A DNA stretch of 46,417 nucleotides from Paraphysomonas bandaiensis (Eukaryota; Protista; Chrysophyceae), in the NCBI GenBank assembly GCA_965644295.1, contig CBFFRP010000506.1:1-46417 (forward strand), given 5' to 3'. The notes beneath the pieces are model-generated. The model was given only the letters and a program-made list of their open reading frames with translations. It was not told where the DNA came from and did no database searches. Shown piece after piece: positions 1-7,427 of the stretch. The translations under genes and the position numbers were made by a program. Position 1 is the stretch's first letter, and every line of letters begins with the position of its first letter.

Positions 1-294
1 TATTAGAATATGGACTGTATCCTAGTATATTCAATGTGGTACTTGAAGACAATGTACGAGAATACAGTGAAGTATGGTGATGTGTAGATGCTGTTATGAT
101 ATTGAGAAAACTGAAATAGTTTGCTCTTTCAAGATATGTTTAGTAGCGAAAGGTCTACAGAAGTAGTGATTTATGCATGGCACAAAATCGAGCTTGTGTT
201 GTTTAACACAATTCGTGTAAACGATATTAATAAATCTATCTAGTCTAACAACTTAATCTCTCTTTGATCTAAGTAAAATGAGCATTTCCCAACA
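1..294 (+). repeat. 5' LTR (TATTAG...CCCAACA)
   Basis: Matches 5171-5463 and ends CCAACA immediately before the TGG-starting PBS. Contains AATAAA near 229. Confidence 0.95.
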
Positions 295-1282
295 TGGTAG
301 CGAGCGAGGAGGAGAGAAGGAGGATAGAGGAGTAGTTCCTCAGTTCAACGAGACTAACGTTGAACAATGGATTGAGGACTTCGAGACATTCCTTATGAGG
401 AAGGAACAAAGCGAGGTAGCGGTGGAACTGCCACCTAAGGAGAGCGACTTCGGGGAGCAGCCACTTACGTTGATGGAGGAGAAGGCGTACAGACAGGCTG
501 TGAAGAGGTATTGGAAGGCGAACGCCATAGCTTATTCTTACTGCAGGGATGCGGTGCAGCATTCCCCGAAAGCGCTGCGTAAATTCCATCTTACCCACAA
601 AGCGTTCAAGGCAGAAGGGAGTGGTGTAAACAGGTTCAAAACACATGTAATGATTGATGAGTTGAAGAAGTGTTTTGCTGGAGGGAAGCAAAATAGGATC
701 AGTGACCTCTTAACTCAATATGGTTCTTTCCGTATGCGTCCGGAGGAGACGGCGAAGGACTACGTACTACGGTTCGAACTACTGCTGAAGGAACTACAGG
801 AGCAGCAGCAGGATATCTCGGAGGTATCAAAAACAAGTCGACTACGAGAAGGCTTGCTCAATGAAGAGTATGCTCAACTGAGAGTTGGATTATACTTGAT
901 GGATGATGATGTTAATTATGTAACTGTATCACGTAAGATAGAAGGCTATGATGATACTATGGCTGGGAAGGAAGCGTTGGAGAAGAAGCGTAAAAGAGTG
1001 GAGGAGCTGAACCTGATAGACAGTAAGAAACGATATCGCAGAGAGAGGGATCATCGTAAGAAGAACAACGGTAAGAAGAAGCCGATGAAGAAGGATACAG
1101 AGATTACAGGGCAGCGACCTGGAAGTGCCGAATATACTGGGTGCAGAAATTGTAAGTCAAAGGAACATCTTGCCATCGATTGTCCAGCATCGAAAAAGAA
1201 GTACTCGCAAGGCTTTAAGCAAGAGCAAGGCTGTGAGGTTTCAAGATGGAAGGAAACCAGACAAAAGACTACTTACAGTTGA
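278..1282 (+). CDS. gag: Copia Gag with CCHC zinc knuckle
   Basis: 334-aa ORF with a copia capsid-like segment (FRMRPEETAKDYVLRFELL...LREGL..EY) and CX2CX4HX4C (CRNCKSKEHLAIDC). The ATG lies inside the 5' LTR. Confidence 0.93.
   Translation: MSISQHGSERGGEKEDRGVVPQFNETNVEQWIEDFETFLMRKEQSEVAVELPPKESDFGEQPLTLMEEKAYRQAVKRYWKANAIAYSYCRDAVQHSPKALRKFHLTHKAFKAEGSGVNRFKTHVMIDELKKCFAGGKQNRISDLLTQYGSFRMRPEETAKDYVLRFELLLKELQEQQQDISEVSKTSRLREGLLNEEYAQLRVGLYLMDDDVNYVTVSRKIEGYDDTMAGKEALEKKRKRVEELNLIDSKKRYRRERDHRKKNNGKKKPMKKDTEITGQRPGSAEYTGCRNCKSKEHLAIDCPASKKKYSQGFKQEQGCEVSRWKETRQKTTYS
295..306 (+). promoter_or_regulatory. Primer binding site, initiator tRNA-Met-like
   Basis: TGGTAGCGAGCG directly after the LTR. 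TGGTAGC is complementary to the GCUACCA 3' end of eukaryotic initiator tRNAs (yeast Ty1 PBS begins TGGTAGCG). Confidence 0.8.
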
Positions 1283-4200
1283 AAACATCAGGCGTGGAGA
1301 GCCAGCGGATTTGTCTGACGAAGACGAAGCAAATATGATCGAGCAACAGGAAGAGTATCACTTGTCATGTAATGTGTATGAGACGAATATATGCAGTAGT
1401 GTGCATGAGGATATTCACTATACATACATTGATACCTGTTGTTCGTCATCAATGTTTTTGATAAATGATGTGAATATACTTGATAGTCATATGCACACAT
1501 CAAAGGTTATTAATGGTTCGAAAAAAGGGTCAGAGATATGCGTCACGAGTGTAGGTTCCCGTGGAGCATGGAAGAACATTGAGGTATCAAGTCAGATAAA
1601 TCGGTGTCTTTGTTCTGGACGGAAGTTGAACGATATGGGATATCGATTTACTGTATGGTATGGTATACAGATATATGACAGAAATACGGATGAGCTGGTG
1701 TTGGAGGGACCTATGAAGAATGGAATGACTGCTGTGCCAACACAGCAGTTATTGGAGCTTCCAGACGTATCGACATCCAGTGATTCAGAAGTAAATCTCA
1801 GTGACCGTACGGGTGAGGATGAACTGGAGCTGTTACATAGGAGAGCGGGTCATTTTAACAAGCATGCGTTGGTAGAAGCCCACAAAAGAATGCTAATTAT
1901 TGGGACTGGACTGAAACGAAAACATCTCTCGAAACGTGTTTCCAAAGAACAGTGTCTATGTGATGTATGCGCCAGGGCGAAGATCACCAGAGTAAGTTTT
2001 CGGACAAAGGATGAGGACTCCGTTCGTCCAAATTTCTCGGCCGATATAGCAGTATACTTAAATTGTCCAGCTCGAGGAGGGGAAATATATGTGCTCAAAC
2101 TAACACACCATGCCAGTCGGATGTTCTGGTCGGAAGGGCTTGTTCATAGGACTGGGTCATCGGTACTGCAGGTTTTCAAGAAGATTTTTGAAGGAGATGT
2201 GAAAAGGTACAAATTAGAAATGCATCATTACCATGCAGATGGAGCAGGGGAGCTAATATGTGATGAGCTGCGACAATATCTTAGGTCACAGGGTTGCTAT
2301 CAACATACGTGGAGCTCTACGGACTCTCCTGAGATGAACGCGATTGAGGAGCGGAAATTCAGGACCTGTGGTGAGATGACATTAGCGATGCTGATTCAGT
2401 CAGGATTGCCTTCACAGTTTTGGCTAGATGCCTACATGGCAGCCAGGTACATATTAATTCGATTGCCTACAAAGACAGCGAAGGGGTATATGTCCCCTCT
2501 TGAATTTTTGACTGGTGAGGCTCCCAACCTGAAATATCTCAGAGTATGGGGGTGTCGTGCGTATGTCCTCACTACAAAGGCGGATCGACGGAAAGACTGG
2601 GACGACAAGGCCCTTATCGGATATCTGATAGGATATTCAGATGAAAAGGTAGGATATGATGTATATCTACCTGCGACTGATAGGGTCGTCACGTCGGTAC
2701 ATGTATTAACTGATGAGTCCATACCGTCACGCTCGGAGAGCTATTTCGCTGAGATAGATGCTCTTCGAGTGAAGGAGGCCGAGAGACCGAAAATTGTGTC
2801 TGACTATGCGGGCTTAGAAGGTACATATCATATTGATGATGAGGATGGTCTTCTCTACAAGACCACGAGAGTAGTAGAACGAAAGGGGGTAATAGTAGCC
2901 TATCGATCTCTGGTAACTGCAGGTCGGAAGCATATCGAGCACCGGGTGCCGATTCACGTCGAGGACGTAGTGCGAATGACTGCAGAAACTCCCGGGAATA
3001 CCGGATATATAGGAAAGGGGGACGCCCTGAGTACTATGCCAGCCAGGGTGCTGGACCAGGGAAGACCTGGAGGGTTACAGGAGAGTCCTGACCCAACCTG
3101 TCAGGAGACAGCTGTGAGGTTGCAGACCTCTGAAGACTATGAGTCTGGGGTTGTGAGCGGGGCTCCTCCCACAACGCACGATGTGCGTGCTCAGGATGAG
3201 CAAGGTACGGGTTCTTATATACCTCGTCGACCGATTGAACTAGATGGTGATGGTCGGGTCCGACGCAAACGGCTGCAGCGGAGACTGGCAAACGCGTCAG
3301 TTTTAGGAGAGATTAATATGGTTGAAGTACCGGATGCGCATAATATTGATCTTAACCATGCAGAGACAGAAGATATCAAGATACCAAATTCATATGCCGA
3401 GGCAGAGAGATCTCCACAGTATCAACAATGGAGAAAAGCTCGAATGGTGGAGAAGACATCATTGCTGAAAAGACGTGTCTTGAAGATCGTGAAAATTCCA
3501 AGCGGAGTGAAATTAGTTAGAGCGAAATATGTGCATACGGTGAAGCGAGACATACTAGGGAATATAGTAAAGTACAAGGCTCGGCTAGTGGCATTAGGAA
3601 ATCTCCAAGAGAAGAAGGAGGAGGAGCCGTCCACTTTCGCTCCAGTGGTTAAGGGTATAACCATTAGACTAGTGTTAGCGATTGCGTTTATGTTACAGAT
3701 GCATGTGCATCAATTAGATGTATCATCCGCATTTTGCTATGCAGATCTGGAGGATGACGTGTATATGGCACCTCCACCAGATGAGGAATTACTAGCTGGA
3801 TGGTGTTTTCAACTAATCAAGGCATTGTATGGACTGCGATCTTCACCGCGACAGTGGAATAAACATATTGACAAGTTTATTAAATCATTGCATTTTACTC
3901 CGTGTATTTTGGATACGTGTTTGTATATGCGATGGAGTAACGGAAAACTGCATTTATTATTGATATATGTTGATGATATCATAATTGCATCCGCTGATCT
4001 GACTTACTTGGAAAGCGTAAAGCGTAGGTTCTGTGAAACATTCGAGATGCATGATCTGGGAGTGTGTAAGCGATTTCTGAACATCAGGATAACCAGAGGA
4101 GAAAATTGGTATATGTTAGATCAATCTGAGTATGCTAAGAATATTATCAAGAAATTCAGCTCAGTTATGGGAAAGAGTAGTAAGAATAAGGAGGCCCCAC

Positions 4201-4997
4201 TACCTACTAATGTTCAGGATCTGTTGGCAGAGGAACGTGAACTTACGGAGGAGCAGAAGCAGTGGGTTGACTCATTTCCGTATCGGCAAATTATTGGAGC
4301 AGTGTTGTATCTAGCAATGCATACTAGACCTGATCTGGCTTATGCAGTGGGGTTATTGTCTCGATTTAGTAGTTGTCCGACATATGCATCGTGCAAACTG
4401 GCGATTCACTTATTGAAATATTTGCGTGGAACAATTGATGAGGGCATCAGATTCAGTGGGAGTGAGTTCGACTTACATGTGTTCAGTGATTCAGATTGGG
4501 CTGGTGATAGACTGACTCGGCGATCGACAACAGGATACATTGTGTTCTTATGTGCAGGCGCATTGGCCTGGCAGTCTAAACTACAGACCACAGTTGCAAC
4601 TTCGAGCATGGAATCTGAATATATGGCGGAGTATGCGGCTATGCAAGAACTGGTGTGGCTTCGGGGGGTGTTCAAGGAGCTCGGGCTCTTAGTTGCGAAG
4701 CCGACTCCATTCTTTATGGATAGCAAGAGTGCGAAAGATCTCTCCGAGAATCCTGTGTATCATAAGAGGTCGAAGCATATAGACATCAAGTATCACTGGG
4801 TGAGAGAGCATGTAAATGGAAAATTTCCTACGGCAAAGTTGATTCATGTGTCGACGGATGATATGGCGGCTGATATTTTCACGAAGGCATTGTCAACGAA
4901 ACTTTTCAGTCGTCATGAGAAAACTATTACCGGGGTTAAGAGAAGTGTGTCAACCAGAGTTGAGGAGCAGCAGAAGAAGCGACCCCGAAGAGGTTAA
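1125..4997 (+). CDS. pol: Copia Pol (protease, integrase, reverse transcriptase, RNase H); +1 frame relative to gag, open from 1089
   Basis: PR IDTCCSSSM; IN HHCC (HRRAGH...CDVC) and D,D,E (FSADI, HADGAGE, NAIEER); RT QLDVSSAF, LYGLRSSPRQW, YVDDI; RNase H FSDSDWAG, SSMESEY, MDSKSA, ADIFTKAL. The track start is a GTG, so the true N-terminus is probably supplied by Gag. Confidence 0.95.
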   Translation: MPNILGAEIVSQRNILPSIVQHRKRSTRKALSKSKAVRFQDGRKPDKRLLTVENIRRGEPADLSDEDEANMIEQQEEYHLSCNVYETNICSSVHEDIHYTYIDTCCSSSMFLINDVNILDSHMHTSKVINGSKKGSEICVTSVGSRGAWKNIEVSSQINRCLCSGRKLNDMGYRFTVWYGIQIYDRNTDELVLEGPMKNGMTAVPTQQLLELPDVSTSSDSEVNLSDRTGEDELELLHRRAGHFNKHALVEAHKRMLIIGTGLKRKHLSKRVSKEQCLCDVCARAKITRVSFRTKDEDSVRPNFSADIAVYLNCPARGGEIYVLKLTHHASRMFWSEGLVHRTGSSVLQVFKKIFEGDVKRYKLEMHHYHADGAGELICDELRQYLRSQGCYQHTWSSTDSPEMNAIEERKFRTCGEMTLAMLIQSGLPSQFWLDAYMAARYILIRLPTKTAKGYMSPLEFLTGEAPNLKYLRVWGCRAYVLTTKADRRKDWDDKALIGYLIGYSDEKVGYDVYLPATDRVVTSVHVLTDESIPSRSESYFAEIDALRVKEAERPKIVSDYAGLEGTYHIDDEDGLLYKTTRVVERKGVIVAYRSLVTAGRKHIEHRVPIHVEDVVRMTAETPGNTGYIGKGDALSTMPARVLDQGRPGGLQESPDPTCQETAVRLQTSEDYESGVVSGAPPTTHDVRAQDEQGTGSYIPRRPIELDGDGRVRRKRLQRRLANASVLGEINMVEVPDAHNIDLNHAETEDIKIPNSYAEAERSPQYQQWRKARMVEKTSLLKRRVLKIVKIPSGVKLVRAKYVHTVKRDILGNIVKYKARLVALGNLQEKKEEEPSTFAPVVKGITIRLVLAIAFMLQMHVHQLDVSSAFCYADLEDDVYMAPPPDEELLAGWCFQLIKALYGLRSSPRQWNKHIDKFIKSLHFTPCILDTCLYMRWSNGKLHLLLIYVDDIIIASADLTYLESVKRRFCETFEMHDLGVCKRFLNIRITRGENWYMLDQSEYAKNIIKKFSSVMGKSSKNKEAPLPTNVQDLLAEERELTEEQKQWVDSFPYRQIIGAVLYLAMHTRPDLAYAVGLLSRFSSCPTYASCKLAIHLLKYLRGTIDEGIRFSGSEFDLHVFSDSDWAGDRLTRRSTTGYIVFLCAGALAWQSKLQTTVATSSMESEYMAEYAAMQELVWLRGVFKELGLLVAKPTPFFMDSKSAKDLSENPVYHKRSKHIDIKYHWVREHVNGKFPTAKLIHVSTDDMAADIFTKALSTKLFSRHEKTITGVKRSVSTRVEEQQKKRPRRG

Positions 4998-5161
4998 AGG
5001 TGTGTTTTAGTGGGTGAGAATCCCACATAACTATATATCTAGTTGACTGCTAGTTATATATGTATCTTGATAAGATTTCACATCTATTTTACCTATGAGA
5101 CTAGTTTATAGCATGAAGATCACTGTACTCATTGTTGTTTCGTATCACTGCATTCTACATT

Positions 5162-5170
5162 GAGTGGGAG
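5162..5170 (+). promoter_or_regulatory. Polypurine tract
   Basis: GAGTGGGAG abuts the first base of the 3' LTR. Confidence 0.85.
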
Positions 5171-5463
5171 TATTAGAATATGGACTGTATCCTAGTATAT
5201 TCAATGTGGTACTTGAAGACAATGTACGAGAATACAGTGAAGTATGGTGATGTGTAGATGCTGTTATGATATTGAGAAAACTGAAATAGTTTGCTCTTTC
5301 AAGATATGTTTAGTAGCGAAAGGTCTACAGAAGTAGTGATTTATGCATGGCACAAAACGAGCTTGTGTTGTTTAACACAATTCGTGTAAACGATATTAAT
5401 AAATCTATCTAGTCTAACAACTTAATCTCTCTTTGATCTAAGTAAAATGAGCATTTCCCAACA
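5171..5463 (+). repeat. 3' LTR
   Basis: 293-nt copy of 1-294, lacking one T (CACAAAACG vs CACAAAATCG). Confidence 0.95.
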
Positions 5464-5897
5464 CTTCCAACCAATATTATCAAATCTTGTATAGTCAATA
5501 TATCTTAGTTTCGCTACGCTTACATAGTATATATCATGTCATTAATATTCATGTAATACTGTTTTCTACTAGTGTATTGTTTAAGTAACGATCGTAGTTC
5601 AAATACCATAAAATACAACTTCTCATTGCTACAAATAAGCAAAGCTCAACGTGATAATGTACTAGTGCATTGAAGTAACAGTTTAAAATATAAATCGTTC
5701 ACTAGTTTAGATTGCAATATGAAGCTAAATTTACTGGCTAAGCAGAAAAAACTGTACCACGGAGAAATTTCCAAGTTATTCAGAAGAAGTGACCAAACAA
5801 CAAAGGAGTACATGCAGCGATATCACATTCATAACGAGTGGATTCATGTCATTGCAGACTTACAGCATCATACACCCTAAACGAAATATCATTAAGT

Positions 5898-6779
5898 CTA
5901 CAACGCATCCTTTCCCAATATTAAACGAGAAAGGTTATCTAAAATAACAAAACTGATAACCGTATGTGGCGCAAGCTTCACCACAGCTGGGCTGTAACCT
6001 TTCCATAATGCCATTATTCCTTCATTCTTGATTAAGGAAGCCCCACAGTCAATGAAGCCCTTAAATTCGCCCGGCCTCATGTTTTGCATTCGACTTTTTA
6101 AGACATCAGCTGGACAGCTGAGCGCCACTGCAGCAGCTGCAGAGACCAGACTGGAGAGAAACTGGAGAGGAATACCTGTGAGTCCAGTTGCTCTGGCTAA
6201 TTGTTCTTTTGCTTCTGAATACACGGCCAGCTGACCAGCATTCAACAACACAGCACGGGCAACAGTAGGTACAGTCCCTTCCCACAACGTCAATATTCCT
6301 TCTTCTTTTGCTATTCTTGTCAATGCGTTCATAACACCGGTGTAATTGCGTCGCAGGGGATCTTCTTTTTTCATTTTGGCATCAGCTGCCATGCGTACCA
6401 TGCAAACCTCAGAGGGAACACCAGCCAGACTTGCTATAGCACCAGCACTAGCACCACAAAGAAATTTCATAGGAAGAGATAGACTCTTCTGTGAAGGATC
6501 CATAGCTAAGTCTACAAGCATTGGATATATGGCCATTCTTGGTACACCATATGTTACTTGACGAAATATACCGGCACTAATACCGGCGTATAATCCCTTT
6601 ATACCCTGTGTTTCAAAAACAACTTTTGCACAATGAAATATTCCACGATATAATCGTTTCGCGCCACTCGATGAATCTACTTGCATATTAATGCGTACAA
6701 CATCAAGAGGATGTACTGTAAGGGTAGCACCAATACCTGCTACACCAGCAATACCAAATCTAGTTATACCATCTGACAT
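5898..6779 (-). CDS. Mitochondrial carrier, 2-oxoglutarate/malate (OGC/DTC-like) subfamily
   Basis: Intronless 293 aa with three Px[DE]xxxR-type repeats (PLDVVRINMQ, PSEVCMVRMAAD, PADVLKSRMQ). RQVTYG..R and RRNYTGVMNALTRIAKEEG...PTVARA are typical of oxoglutarate/dicarboxylate carriers. Confidence 0.93.
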   Translation of the reverse strand: MSDGITRFGIAGVAGIGATLTVHPLDVVRINMQVDSSSGAKRLYRGIFHCAKVVFETQGIKGLYAGISAGIFRQVTYGVPRMAIYPMLVDLAMDPSQKSLSLPMKFLCGASAGAIASLAGVPSEVCMVRMAADAKMKKEDPLRRNYTGVMNALTRIAKEEGILTLWEGTVPTVARAVLLNAGQLAVYSEAKEQLARATGLTGIPLQFLSSLVSAAAAVALSCPADVLKSRMQNMRPGEFKGFIDCGASLIKNEGIMALWKGYSPAVVKLAPHTVISFVILDNLSRLILGKDAL

Positions 6780-6893
6780 GTTTGTTTAATTTAATGTAAT
6801 TATATATGATCACTTGCTTATATCTTAATGTGTATATACATGTATATATATGACAACCTACATATACTCTGTATATATATATATATATGTGTG

Positions 6894-6943
6894 TGTGGTG
6901 GGGTACGTGCTGCCTGTGGTGGGGTACCTGCTGCCTGTGGTGG
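6894..6943. repeat. 21-bp tandem repeat, ~2.4 copies
   Basis: TGTGGTGGGGTAC(G/C)TGCTGCC twice, then TGTGGTGG. Confidence 0.85.
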
Positions 6944-7218
6944 AGGCGTATAGGTATTGTATATGGCAAGATGTACACAGCAATTAGTGGTGATGATTTG
7001 ATTTCAACCAATCATTTCAAGTCTACCTAATACTGAATTTTTGTTAATAAATAATGGACTTTTTTTATAAAAATACAGATAATTTCTATTTTGAGGGGAA
7101 AGATATACAGAACTGTACTTGCATATCAGATATCAGTACAATCTATATACAGGATATATATGTATGTATATGTATATGAAAGCACCACAAACCCATTACG
7201 ATTATTCGTTGACAAGGG

Positions 7219-7306
7219 CACTAGTAGTGGGCACTAGTATAACAATTATCCCACTCACTAGTACAACAATTGTCCCCCTCACTAGTAGAGTAAATGTCCC
7301 TCTCAC
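7219..7306. repeat. 24-bp imperfect tandem repeat with CACTAGTA cores
   Basis: CACTAGTA at 7219, 7232, 7256 and 7280; the later units have a 24-nt period ending in a pyrimidine-rich T-C...CT tract. Confidence 0.75.
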
Positions 7307-7427
7307 GACAACCACTTAACTACACACATACAGTATATATCGCATCTCGATATATAATGATGTGGTTGTATATATGGTTTATACTCATATATATACTCCC
7401 CTTAGGGAGTGTTAATAGATTGATAGG

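Larger units (their letters stand above)
1..5463 (+). mobile_element. Full-length Ty1/copia LTR retrotransposon, recently inserted
   Basis: Direct repeats 1-294 and 5171-5463 are identical except for a 1-nt indel. PBS follows the 5' LTR and a PPT precedes the 3' LTR. Domain order Gag-PR-IN-RT-RNase H (IN before RT) defines copia. The left flank is outside the window, so the TSD cannot be checked; the right flank begins CTTCC. Confidence 0.97.

Noticed and set aside
269-4726. Antisense and off-frame short ORFs over gag-pol (and over host genes)
   Set aside because: Shadow ORFs of real coding sequence with no recognisable motifs; many lack an ATG start.
7211-7240. Helitron-like 3' end (GGGCACTAGT)
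   Set aside because: No GC-rich subterminal hairpin; better explained as part of the 24-bp tandem repeat.
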